From Lytechinus pictus (lineage: Eukaryota), in assembly GCF_037042905.1 (NCBI RefSeq), contig NC_087252.1, positions 25,794,001 to 25,858,000 on the forward strand: DNA of 64,000 nt. Direction: 5' to 3'. Numbering within the stretch: the first letter of the stretch is position 1; each line of letters begins with the position of its first letter. The position numbers were made by a program, and so were the translations under genes. Below the pieces are notes generated by a model. That model did no database searches. It saw only the letters and a program-made list of their open reading frames with translations, and had not been told where the DNA came from. Shown here in pieces: positions 51,552-63,688 of this stretch.

Positions 51552-51838
51552 TTAGGGAAGCCAAGGGCTTCTCTGTCTTTTGGCTGCTTCAATACATTTC
51601 TGGAAAGAAAAAATGTCCATCTTGATAGCATGTTCAGCATTGGCAATTTCCATTTTATTTTCATATTCAGCATTGATCAACTTCATTTTGATTTCGTGCT
51701 CTTCGAGCATAAGCCTCATTCTGAGCTCGTGCTCTTTTTTTGTCCAGCTCTAGAATGGCTTCCTCTTTTGTCACACAAGCTCTGTTGATGCCTTTGGGAC
51801 AATTTTCCAAGCTCCTCTTTCGAGGTGATACATTGCTG
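51552..51838 (-). pseudogene. Terminal exon of probable Harbinger Myb/SANT-like partner protein (coiled-coil tail)
   Basis: After a TTTTTAG acceptor, manual translation gives ...EEAILELDKK/EHELRMRLMLEEHEIKMKLINAEYENKMEIANAEHAIKM...PWLP* with one frameshift in an A-run. Convergent with the transposase. Confidence 0.55.
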
Positions 51839-54800
51839 CTAAAAATTATTGACCAGAACCAAATAATTATTTAATTCCATGATAGCATGATGTATTTGAA
51901 TTTTAAGAAATTAATGTTTACATGCATGTCACTCGACTTGCAGAAAAATTAGTTTTAACAGTCATAATCTATGTAATCATAGTTGAATAATGTAAAGTGT
52001 GGTTATTCATGTGTGGAAAATATGACAAAATAATATATTAAATTGTTGTCATCAAATTGAATCGATTGTGCTTTGAATTATTCCAGATATTATTCCCATT
52101 GATAAGAGTGATCATAGTGATGGTATGCTTTATGTGTGTCAAAATCGAATATAATGTTTTGATATTTTAAATTACGTGATGATGTTTAAGTATTAAGGAT
52201 TGGAATGTCTGATAATGTTATTCATGATTAATTTCCTGATTGTATCATGATCATGGTGTGATTCAAAGTGAATTGGCAATCAGTGATTACCTTGTTCTTA
52301 TAGATGGATCCATTGGTGCTTTAGTGATGTGGAATTGGTTGCTGTAAAAAAGATTAGTTTCTCAGTAACATATCTTTTCCTGTCTATCTGGGATTAACTC
52401 GATTAAATAATGAATTTCTGCTTTCTGCCACTTCAAGGCCGGTTGATCAAGTGCAGCTAGCTGATGATGTGCTTCTATTTTGTGTGTGTGTGTCTGTGTG
52501 TGTGTGCAAAGATACACAACAACCAATCCCAGCAAACATAATTCTTGGGAAATGGGGGGGGGGTCCAATACAGCAAACATTTATTTTAGAATAATATATT
52601 TTGGTTTATTGTGTATATGCTGCATATGTTTATGTTTTTATGACACTGAGCATTCTCAGTGAAGTCTCAAAAAGGGGAAATCCCTAAATTTGATTGAAAC
52701 CCATGGTTGAATCCATGGATTTGGTTGAGTCCACGGTTGAATCCATAGACTCAACCGTGGGTCTGGTGGAATCCGCGGATTTTTGAGTCCACCGTTGGTG
52801 AATCACAAACTGCAGAATCCGTGGATTTTCCAGAATCCATGGACTAAAAAATCCACGGATTCTAAAATCCGTGGATTTTGCACCTTTGTGAATTCGGGCC
52901 TAAGAGACGCGGACTTAATGATATAATAAATATTAATAATATGTAAATAATGTTTTTCTTGGTTACGCTAAATGACCAATTAGATCTCGCCCTGTACGGG
53001 CGGTTTCGTGCGTTCTTAATTAACGATACGGGACTCTTAAAAAAAGCCAGGTTGCTGATACTTCAGCAGAGTCGTCTGTGTTCAATTTTGGTTACATTTT
53101 TTCTATGGGGATTTGAACCAATATCTCCCCGAGATCGTCGGCTTAGCTCCCGACAGCGTACCTCACCGATGCTGTCTGGGCTCTTCATTTTGAAGAGGAG
53201 AAATTGACTCCTGTTTTAGCTGACTTTTTACTTACTTCATTTTCCTGATATCTATCGGGTATGTACTTTAATGCTTATAATAACCTTCCTAGTAAAAAGA
53301 GAAAGGAGATATTTTATATCCTTGACAAAGTATTTGTACTGAAGAAATTATGCCGAGTACGTTTGTAGACGACTTTATTTTTGTATAAAGTGTCATCCAC
53401 ATGAAATGTCGAATATTATAAGCAAAACAATAGATCTTTGAAATTATTTACGTTGATTTATATGTCATTGCAGACAGCCTAGTATTTAAGCGATCTTCAG
53501 TTGTCGGTATTATGGAGAGTTTTCCGATGTATGCTATACTTGATAAGAAAACATTATTATTTGACCTTGACATTATGAAAGTCATTCTCTTCGAATTTCT
53601 TAAAGGCATATAGCCTGGTTTTACATGATGTACTTGTATTTTTTTGTTTAGAATTGCTGCTAAATGGACAATTCTTATTGTCATTATTATGAGATGTAAA
53701 ATTATAACTTGTTACACGTTTTGAGGTCGTTTATCTGTGTTCGACGACGATGAGTGTATTAGGACACTGTTTGTTTTATTTTGATAATTGTCAGGTTCCA
53801 CTGAGACCCTCACCATAGACGAGTTTTTGTCCTGCATGATATAGATGATTCGTCTAGACGAGTTTTCCACTCTCCGTTGTATACGGCAGGCCTAGCTACG
53901 TATTTCATCATTCAAAGTTCAGGTCGAACAACTAGCTCGAACTTTTGTAGACAAGTCAACTTCTCAACGCTTTGGCCTATTTTGGAATTTATATCCTATT
54001 TTATTACTTAATCAATTACTTTGTTATAAACTGATAGGGCTCCTATTTCATTGGATATTCGACATAACTTTATTTACTGTCTTCAATTATTGGATATATC
54101 ATACAGGCATTCTTTGAGTTGTAAACACTCTGTAAATGTATCAAAGAAAACATTCGAATCATTTTAATTATAAATCGAAGTTATCGAACCGTAATTATTT
54201 TGTCAAGTGCTTATATTTTCTTGAATGATCACGTATAGCCAAAAAGTTCGGATGTTTGAGTCGCCGTGCTTGTTGTTGCTTGTTTAGTTTTTTCCTTCTC
54301 TTTTTTCCTATTCCGATTGATTGGTGTGTTTGATTTGTCTTTGTTTTTAAAAAGAAACATAACATTTTCTCCAACAAATTCACCAAAATACTCAGATCCG
54401 TCCCAACACCATATTTCCATGCTATTCAATGTTCATAAGATTGTAGGGTCTTTGTTTTGTTGTTGTTGTTGTTTTTGTGTTTTTAATAATTTTTATAACT
54501 GGGTCTGGAGGAAAGACCGCGCTATATTTCCATGTTATTCAACATTAATAGGATCGTGGGTCTTTTCTTTGTTTTTATTATTATTATTAATTCATTATTA
54601 TTATTATTTTTCATTTGTTATTTGAAAGATCTGGGTCTGGATGAAAGACTACGCTATATATCCATGTTATTTAACAATAATAAGATATAATAGTGGGGGT
54701 CATTGTTTCTTGTTACCTCTTTAAAAAATGATTTGCAATTTTGAAATAAGTGGGTCTGGAGGAAAGACTACACTATATTTCCATGTTATTGAACATCAAT

Positions 54801-55015
54801 AAGATGGTGGGGCCTTTGTTTAATGATTATTATTATATATCTTTTGTTGTGATTTGTTATTTAAAAATAACTGGGTCTTAAAGAAAAACTACGCTATATT
54901 TTCAAGTTATTCAACATCAATGAGATAGTGGGGTCTTTGTTAATATTGTTGTTTATGATATGCTATTTGAAATAGCCGGGGCTGGAACAAAGACTACACC
55001 ATATTTCGAAGCACA

Positions 55016-55197
55016 ACTGGGCGTTGTGGCGTGCGCCTGTAATCCAAGCTATGTGGGGAAGTTACAAATTGATGCAGAGGTTCGAGGTTTGAGCCCTGGT
55101 CACGTCTTTCGGATGGTGACGTTAAAGGTCGGTCCCAGACGTAAATAATCATATCTGATTGATACACGTCTGACAAAACTCAAATACACACACACAC
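55016..55197 (+). mobile_element. 7SL(SRP)-RNA-headed SINE, copy 2
   Basis: Near-identical to copy 1 with the same 5' start ACTGGGCG and a (CA)n tail. Confidence 0.85.
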
Positions 55198-55201
55198 GCT
55201 T

Positions 55202-55380
55202 ACTGGGCGTTGTGGCGTGCGCCTGTATTCCAAGCTATGTGGAGAAGTTACAAATTTATGCAAAGGTTCGAGCCCTGGTCACGTCTTTCGGATGGTGACG
55301 TTAAAGATCGGTCCCAGACATAAATAATCGTATCTGATTAATACACGTCTGACAAATCTCAAATACACACACACACACAC
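55202..55380 (+). mobile_element. 7SL(SRP)-RNA-headed SINE, copy 3 (more diverged, tandem to copy 2)
   Basis: Same start and layout, single GGTTCGAG, about ten substitutions. The tail is interrupted by the element at 55381-56789. Confidence 0.85.
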
Positions 55381-56789
55381 TAGTAGAGTGGATAAGCCAA
55401 ACAATTGTGCAAATTATGACTAAAGCATGAAACTTTCACAAGTATTAGTATATGCCGTAAGATTTATTTTAAAGATGGGAGGTAAATTTTAAAATGCCAT
55501 TTTCGGCCATGGCAACGGATTAATTTCAAAAAAATGACATACATTCCCATGTAAATGGTAAATAAACATGATATAAATGACCAAAATGATACTTTTTAGG
55601 CTCCCAATTGAATACATATGAAATTTAGAAATATTCAAAATCACCAAGATGGTTCCTATTGGTCCGTTGCCATGGCAACGGCTTGTTTTTCCCCAGAAAA
55701 AAAAATTATTTAAAAAACGTTGTAGAATATGATTTATCTTTAATTTTCCCTCATTTTACAGTGTTAAACAAAGATATTTTGGTAGCTAAATGTATAATTT
55801 ACATCTCAAGCCATTGCCATGGCAACCAAACAAAATCTGATTAACAAAAATAACATGGTTGACAAGACAATGGACAGGTGGAAAATACAATTGGAATTGA
55901 CTTAATCTGTATGCCTAAGTTTTGACCCCCTCATTTGAACAAAAAATACAAAAATTGTTCTACAGGAGTTTTTTATAAAGATAAACAATTTTGTTGCCTT
56001 GGTAATGCTTGAATTAAACTTATACAAAATGTTGCAAAGGACCCGTTGCCATGGCAACAGCTTATTTCCCTCTAGAAAGTTTAAAATATTGAAAAAAAAT
56101 GTAGAATAAATGTATGGTCATCTTTCCATTATCAATAATTTTAAAGTACTAATCGAGATATGTTTGTGACTAAATTTATAAACATAAAATCTTAAGCCAT
56201 TACCATGGCAACCAGATAACATCTAATTAAAAAACAACAACAACATGGATTACAAGGTAATGGATAGGTGATGATACAATGAAAATTAACTTAATGTACA
56301 TGCATAAGGTTTGACCTATACTCAATTGATTTAGGGGAAATAATACAGTAAGAGTTTTACATGAACTAATTAAAATAATACATATCCATGTTGCCTTGGT
56401 AATACTTGAATTCAAGTATTACCAAGACAACATCAATATTTATCATTCTAATTAGTTCATGCAGAACACTCACTGTATTATTTCCCCTAAATTAATTGAG
56501 TAGATCAAACGATTTTGAATATTTCTAAATTTCATATGTATTCAATTGGTAGCCTAAAAAGTATCATTTTGGTCATCTATATCATGTTTATTTACCATTT
56601 ACATGGGAATGAATGTCATTTTTTAGAAATTTATCCGTTGCCATGGCAACGGCCGAAAATGGCATTTTAAAATTTACCTCCCATCTTTAAAATAAATCTT
56701 TACGGCATATACTAATACTTGTGAAAGTTTCATGCTTTAGTCAAAATTGGCACAATTGTTGTGATTTTTGGAGCTTATCCGCTCTACTA
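55381..56789. mobile_element. Non-autonomous TIR element, TAG termini, 3-bp TSD (Academ-like)
   Basis: TAGTAGAG...CTCTACTA termini, ~260-bp TIRs, TSD CAC within the SINE tail, repeated CCATGGCAAC motifs. Confidence 0.82.
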
Positions 56790-56946
56790 CACACGGTAAT
56801 TAATGTTGAAAATATTGCAGGGTCTGTTTTTGGTTTTTGTCATTACGTCAAACCCCCGTTTGGAGAAAGACCGCAGTTCAGATTGCAAACTGCGGTTCTA
56901 TACCCCATTTTGCGTTTGTAAATCCCAAAATCATTTCCAAGCCCAG

Positions 56947-57106
56947 GGGGCCGTTTCATAAAGCTGCTCGTAAGTTAAGAGCGACTTTAAGAACGACTGG
57001 TGATCCTTTCTCGCGCGCTAGATCTTCGCCAATGGTGTGTCCCATTTACCGCAAGACAGGATCACCAGTCGCTCTTTATTTACGAACAGCTTTATGAAAC
57101 ACCCGC
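56947..57106. mobile_element. Small Harbinger-type palindromic MITE
   Basis: GGGGCCGTTTCATAAAGCTG.TCGTAA... with its inverted partner ...TTACGAACAGCTTTATGAAACACCC. Confidence 0.7.
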
Positions 57107-59446
57107 CTGATCAATCCCGCTAGGCCAGGTAATCCCCGCTGTCTCAATTTTACCTCCACAGGCCAGATTATGAGCGTTGAGCCAAGGACGAAATGATAAA
57201 CAACAGCTGTGCTATTACGTAAGACTTCTCTGCCTGTAGTAGGACATTCGGAATGAAATTATTGTATTCGATATTTAATCACGTTTTCAAATGCATATTG
57301 TATTCAGAAATCCAATGTTAGTCCATTTTCAAGTTCGAACGAAGAAAATCGACCTCGAAATAAGGAAAGTAAGTGAATTAAAATGACGGCATGCTTTGCT
57401 CGGGCTGTTGTGTTATCTTCGGACCGAGGTCAAGAAACAGGTGTTTTGATACTTAAATTGCTTGCTTGGGGCAGTTATGGTTTGTCGTACTTGGAGAAGA
57501 GAATTGATTGAGGGAAACTGGGGTATAGTGTTTTCAAATGAAAGGTTTTCGTCATGGTTGTTGTTGTTGTTCTTTTGTTTTTGAATGATTTTTTTATAAC
57601 TGGGTCTGGAGGAAAGACTATGCTATATTTACATTTTGTTCAACATTAATAAGATCATGGGGTCTTTGTTTTTTTATTATTATTATTTATTATTTGCTAT
57701 TTGCTATTTGAAATATTTGGGTCTGGAGGAAAGACTACGCTAAATTTCTATGTTAGGCGTAAATATTCATATCTGAATGACACGCGCCTCTAAACCCAAG
57801 ATAACAACAACAACAACGTTATTCAACATCAAGATTTTTTTTTAATTTTGGGATCTTTATTTGGAAGATTGTTTAAATGTTTTATATAACCGGATCTGGA
57901 GAAAAAAGACTGACTTTGCACTATACGAACACATTACTATATGGTTTTAGTTTAGAACAGATTCGCCAAACATCCCTACAAATTAATAACATTTGTGGGT
58001 AAAGTCATTATTACTTTTGTTGGCGATAAAAAATTATTACATAGGTGGGTAAAGTGCATTATTACATTTGTGGGTAAAGGGTTTTAGTTTTTAGTTTTAA
58101 GTAGCCGGGTCTAGGGTAAAGACTACCCTTGATTCCCAAAATACTCTGAGCGCATATATTCACAATACGCGCTGTATAAGTTAAAACAACAACAGAGACA
58201 TTTATTCCACCAGTGTTGATTAACTGGGTCTGGAGAAAAGACTAAGCTCGATTTTTATCTTTATTGGCGCAAATATTCACCACTGAATGATACGCGCCGT
58301 ATAAGCTAAAACAACAACATTTTATTCCACTGGAATATCATTATCGTATCTTCGTTTGGACTTATATTATAATTTTTTAAACAACCGGGTCTGGAAAACG
58401 ACTTTGGACTTATATTATGATTTTTGAAACAACCAGGTCTGGAAAAAAAGACTGACTTATATTATCATCTTTTGATTTACTGGGTCTGGAAAAAAAACTT
58501 AGCACTTTGTGCTATATGAACGCATTATTATAGGTTTAATTATTATTTAGTTACCGGGTCTGGAGAAAAGACTACACTTGATTCTCAATTCACTCTTAGC
58601 GTATATATTCACAATACGGGCCGTATAAGTTAACGCAACAGCAAAGACATTTATTCCACCAGTTTTAATTAACTGGGTCTGGAGAAAAGACTAAGCTCGA
58701 TTCTCATTATTATTCCACTGGAATATCATTATTGTATCTTAGTTTGGACTTATATTATAATTTTTTAAATAGCCGGGTCTGGAAAAAAAGACTTTGGAAT
58801 TATGTTATATTTTTTTTCAACAACCGGGTCTGGAAAAAAGACTTTGTACTTTTGTGCTAAATCATGGACCTACATTACAATAGGTCCATATTATGAATGC
58901 ATTTCTATAGGATTTTAGTTTAGAACGGATTCGCCAAAAATCGCTTCAAATTTATTACATTTGTGGGTAAAGTCATCATTACATTTGTGGGCGATCAAAA
59001 ATTATTACATTTGTGGGTAAAGTGTTATTACATTTGTGGGCGTTATTACATTGGTGGGCGATTATTACATTTGTGAGTGTAACACCCCCCCCCCCGGCTT
59101 CTGCGGCCCCTGCAATATTGTGCTCACTCAACCATGAACTTACGTTATCAAAATTGTGTGTGGAGTGGCTAAATGATGTATAGTAAAACAGCATTGACAC
59201 CATAAAATTCACCTAAAAACAACTTTTACCCAACTTTGTATTTTCCCAATCTGAAAAACGACTCTTGTGATATTCAAAAATGGTCATTTTTACTTCAATC
59301 TTTGATTTTTTTTTTGTTGCTTAATGAGTGATGTAAATCACCTACGAAATATCATGGCTCAAAATAATTCCGTTCAAAAGTTACAACAATTTGATTTAGG
59401 GGGACTCACTTTTTTGTGTATATATATATATATATATGATAAAATT

Positions 59447-60795
59447 TTAAGTAGCCGGGTCTAGAGTAAAGACTACCCTTGATTCCCAAAATACTCTGAG
59501 CGCATATATTCACAATACGCGCTGTATAAGTTAAAACAACAACAGAGACATTTATTCCACCAGTGTTGATTAACTGGGTCTGGAGAAAAGACTAAGCTCG
59601 ATTTTTATTTTTATTGGCGCAAATATTCACCACTGAATGATACGCGCCGTACAAGCTAAAACAACAACATTTTATTCCACTGGAATATCATTATCGTATC
59701 TTCGTTTGGACTTATATTATAATTTTTTAAACAACCAGGTCTGGAAAAAAAGACTGACTTATATTATCATCTTGTGATTTACCGGGTCTGGAAAAAAGAC
59801 TTAGCACTTTGTGCTATATGAACGCATTATTATAGGTTTAATTATTTTTTAGTTACCGGGTCTGAAGAAAAGACTACACTTGATTCTCAATTCACTCTTA
59901 ACGTATATATTCACAATACGGGCCGTATAAGTTAACGCAACAGCAAAGACATTTATTCCACCAGTTTTAATTAACTGGGTCTGGAGAAAAGACTAAGCTC
60001 GATTCTCATTATTTTTCCACTGGGATATCATTATTGTATCTTAGTTTGGACTTATATTATAATTTTTTAAATAGCCGGGTCTGAAAAAAATGACTTTGAA
60101 ATTATGTTATATTTTTTTTCAACAACCGGGTCTGGAAAAAAGACTTTGGACTTATATTATTTTAATTAACCGGGTCTGGAAAAAAGACTTTGTACTTTTG
60201 TGCTAAATCATGGACCTACATTACAATAGGTCCATATTATGAATGCATTTCTATAGGATTTTAGTTTAGAACGGATTCGCCAAAAATCGCTTCAAATTTA
60301 TTACATTTGTGGGTAAAGTCATCATTACATTTGTGGGCGATCAAAAATTATTACATTTGTGGGTAAAGTGTTATTACATTTGTGGGCGTTATTACATTGG
60401 TGGGCGATTATTACATTTGTGAGTGTAACACCCCCCCCCCCCCGGCTTCTGCGGCCCCTGCAATATTGTGCTCACTCAACCATCAACTTACGTTATCAAA
60501 ATTGTGTGTGGAGTGGCTAAATGATGTATAGTAAAACAGCATTGACACCATAAAATTCACCTTAAAACAACTTTTACCCAACTTTGTATTTTCCCAATCT
60601 GAAAAACGACTCTTGTGATATTCAAAAATTGTCATTTTTACTTCAATCTTTGATTTTTAGTTTTTGTTGCTTAATGAGTGTAGTAAATCACCTACGAAAT
60701 ATCATAGCTCAAAATAATTCCGTTCAAAAGTTACAACAATTTGATTTAGGGGGACTCACTTTTTTGTGTATATATATATATATATGATAAAATTC
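59447..60795 (+). repeat. Tandem segmental duplication of ~58097-59446
   Basis: Repeats the foldback right TIR, hAT-like end, Tc1-MITE end and (TA)n in the same order. A third partial copy lies at ~62122-62700. Confidence 0.9.
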
Positions 60796-61327
60796 ATTGC
60801 ATAAAAAAAAACGATGGTGAATTAATATTTCGCTGGAAATGGAGAGGTCCACTTAGAAGCTGGATCGTAGACCCCTCGGATAACAATACTTATTCAGAAT
60901 GAATTGCATATGAAATAAATACCTATGACAATGGCCACTCACATACACAAAAAACATAAGACGTGGGAATACACAGTGACCCAACAGAGCGAGGGAAGAA
61001 TGGTATGATAGATTTTATTTCTTACGTTGTTCTCTTAAAACTTAATAAATCAACACGCATTCACTGACGATCAATATTTTTAAGGATTTGAGAATCATTC
61101 TTTTGAAAATGCCATCTCAAGTTTAACGCTTGATGAAAAAATCCTGATAATGGGCCTAAGATTAAATAAAAGATTTCTCAATTCAGCATATCCTTTGTAA
61201 TTTCAATGAAATTAATCTTCACTTACAAACCGTGTTTTGAATACGTTTTGTCCTTGGCTTTTATTGAGACCCAATACTCAACTCAGTATCCATCGCCCAC
61301 GCCCCCGCCCTTCCCAGTTCTATTATA

Positions 61328-61532
61328 ACCTCCCCGCCCGCGCTTCAAAAAGATAGATCAAAACCATCGCTTTTTCAAAGCATGCCTGTTAAGAAAAGTT
61401 TGCTAACGGGATGCCAATTCTAAAAGCCTAAGGCCTTTATAATTCGCATTCCGTTATTAAACTTTTCTTAACAGGCATGCATTTGAAAAGCGATGCTTTT
61501 GATCTATCTTTTTGAAGCGCGGGCGGGGAGGT
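61328..61532. repeat. ~205-bp imperfect palindrome
   Basis: ACCTCCCCGCCCGCGCTTCAAAAAGATAGATCAAAA... pairs with ...TTTTGATCTATCTTTTTGAAGCGCGGGCGGGGAGGT, with pairing continuing nearly to the centre. Confidence 0.9.
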
Positions 61533-62686
61533 GGGGGTTTTATCTGATCTTATAATCCAAATTCAGCACGTTCTCTGTTCTTCCCTTTGGAATTTGCTGC
61601 CATAATTATAGGGGAACATGCTTATTTTGCTATCCCATCTCTTCATTTAACAAAAATAATGGTATATCTGATTTGAGTTGCAAACGTTGGACAAGCCCAC
61701 CTTACCCCCCCCCCCCCCGTGAGTTTAAATGGCTTCAGCTTAGCTCCAGCTCATTGATTTCAGCTAATATTAATCCTCTTCGTTCACCGCCGGCCGCACG
61801 TGACTATGAATAGCCAATCAACAATGGCGTTCGTTGCTAGGGGCGGAGCTTAGAACAGCGCGAAGATTTCAGCTTGCTGAACGAGCAGAGTGTCAGAAAA
61901 GTTCGAACTGTCCGAAAAAAACACTCGCAGAAAAACTGCTTTTTCGACACTTTCCCGTTATCATTTTCGATTGATTTTTTGACAGAGTATACTTGAAACA
62001 TTAAACATTCCTAAAATGTAAAAAAAAAAATTTCAACATTTTTGAAGATTTTTTGCATTTTACCCATTTTCTCAGTTTGGTATCGAGCGACTTCTGTCTG
62101 ATTTAGACATGGCAAATCACATATGAATGCATTACTATAGGATTTTAGTTTAGAACGGATTCGCCAAAAATCGCTTCAAATTTATTACATTTGTGGGTAA
62201 AGTCATCATTACATTTGTGGGCGATCGAAAATTATTACATTAGTGGGTAAAGTGTTATTACATTTGTGGGCGTTATTACATTTGTGGGTAAAGTGTTATT
62301 ACATTTGTGGGCGTTATTACATTGGTGGGCGATTATTACATTTGTGAGTGTAACACCCCCCCCCCGGCTTCTGCGGCCCCTGCAATATTGTGCTCACTCA
62401 ACCATCAACTTACGTTATCAAAATTGTGTGTGGAGTGGCTAAATGATGTATAGTAAAACAGCATTAACACCATAAAATTCACCTAAAAACAACTTTTACC
62501 CAACTTTGTATTTCCCCAATCTGAAAAACGACTCTTGTGATATTCAAAAATGGTCATTTTTACTTCAATCTTTGATTTTTTTGTTGTTGCTTAATGAGTG
62601 TAGTAAATCACCTACGAAATATCATAGCTCAAAATAATTCCGTTCAAAAGTTACAACAATTTGATTTAGGGGGGGACTCACTTTTT

Positions 62687-62739
<53 letters not shown>

Positions 62740-63151
62740 TTATATAAGCATCTTGGTTTTCCACGTATTGGCAATAATAATAATAAGACATCAGAAATGC
62801 GAAACAAATTCACGAGTAATGCAGTTTTTGCAATGCCAACAATTAAGTTCTTTTATCCACTCTCCAAATTTTCGGTAGACATCTACCTTCTTCAGGGAAG
62901 AAAGCGGCCTTAACAAAGCTTGGCTTAACGCATTCACAGTCTATAGATAATAATATCTTTCTCCTCTTTGCCATAACTTCCTTAATTCAGCTATCTTGTT
63001 TATTATGATCTCTCTGTGTAATGTGCAGCGTGCGCGGTCTCAGCTAGACACTCTTATTATTACGAAATCTTTTTATTAAATCATACTCTTTTATTATTAC
63101 GTAACTTACGTCATTAATGATCTTTTACCCAAAAGCGCGCACTATACATTC

Positions 63152-63152
<1 letters not shown>

Positions 63153-63184
<32 letters not shown>

Positions 63185-63528
63185 TATGTGATTTTTAATG
63201 CGCCAAATCCACTCGGCAGAGTGCCCAAGGCGCAGTGAAAGAAGAAAGAAAGAAAAAAATAGAAAAAATACAAATATAATAGTAATAGATTCAGGAACAA
63301 TTAAGAGTAAGAGGCATTGAATAGACAAGTCTTGAGGTAACGTTTAAATATATCGATGGACGTGCATTCACGGATTGTCAGGGGATCGTTCCAGAGAACA
63401 GGGCCCGAACCCCCCATGTCTTAACGGATTTAGGAATAACTAGGGAAACAGAGTTGGATGAACGTAGGGACCTGACTGGAGTGTATTTGCTGATTAGATT
63501 AATATTGTACTGTGGAGCAGAGCCATTT
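63153..63528 (-). mobile_element. 3' fragment of an L2-clade LINE
   Basis: Manual minus-strand translation gives NGSAPQY...YTPVRSLRSS...LVIP...GPVLWN...IFKRYLKTCLF, followed by a short 3' UTR and a (TTA)n tail. Confidence 0.8.
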
Positions 63529-63688
63529 CATAACAGCATTTTGATAGTAGTGGTTACCCTAGTTCGCTGAGATCGCGCACGCTTTAAAACAACTGTCATT
63601 CAAACTTGTCACAATTCACGAATCTTCCCTGAAGAAGGTAGATGTCTACCGAAAATGTGTAGAGTGAATAAAAGAATTTAATTGTTGG

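Larger units (their letters stand above)
46449..52900. mobile_element. Decayed PIF/Harbinger transposon
   Basis: Right terminus CTTTGTGAATTCGGGCC|TAA, AATCCACGGA subterminal repeats at both ends, damaged left terminus. Contains transposase and partner-gene remnants in convergent orientation. Confidence 0.8.
33116..59084. mobile_element. Large foldback element with TGT...ACA termini (Ginger-like), arms built from tandem subrepeats
   Basis: TGTTGCACCCACAAATGTAATAA at the left end vs TTATTACATTTGTGAGTGTAACA at the right end, inserted in a poly-C run. Arms are 17-22-bp CCCACAAATGTAAT units followed by ~45-bp CCAGACCCGGTT units (33116-~35900), mirrored at ~54490-59084. No integrase ORF seen. Confidence 0.7.
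32975..59112. mobile_element. Small hAT-like MITE (5-bp TSD) hosting the large foldback
   Basis: TIRs CAGGGGCCGCGGAA / TTCTGCGGCCCCTG, with CAATA duplicated on both sides (32970-74, 59113-17). Confidence 0.75.
31482..59418. mobile_element. Tc1/mariner-type MITE split by ~26 kb of nested insertions
   Basis: Left end TA|CACACAACAAAAAAAGTAAGTCC, right end GGGGGACTCACTTTTTTGTG|TA. Its own sequence is 31482-32974 plus 59113-59418. Confidence 0.55.

Noticed and set aside
61021..61100. Possible signal-peptide exon for the Ig gene (minus strand, phase-1 GTAAG donor)
   Set aside because: Contains an in-frame stop and only a weak hydrophobic core.
61790..61860. Promoter-like cluster (E-box, CCAAT, GC box)
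   Set aside because: No linked gene visible. Such clusters are common inside transposon remnants.
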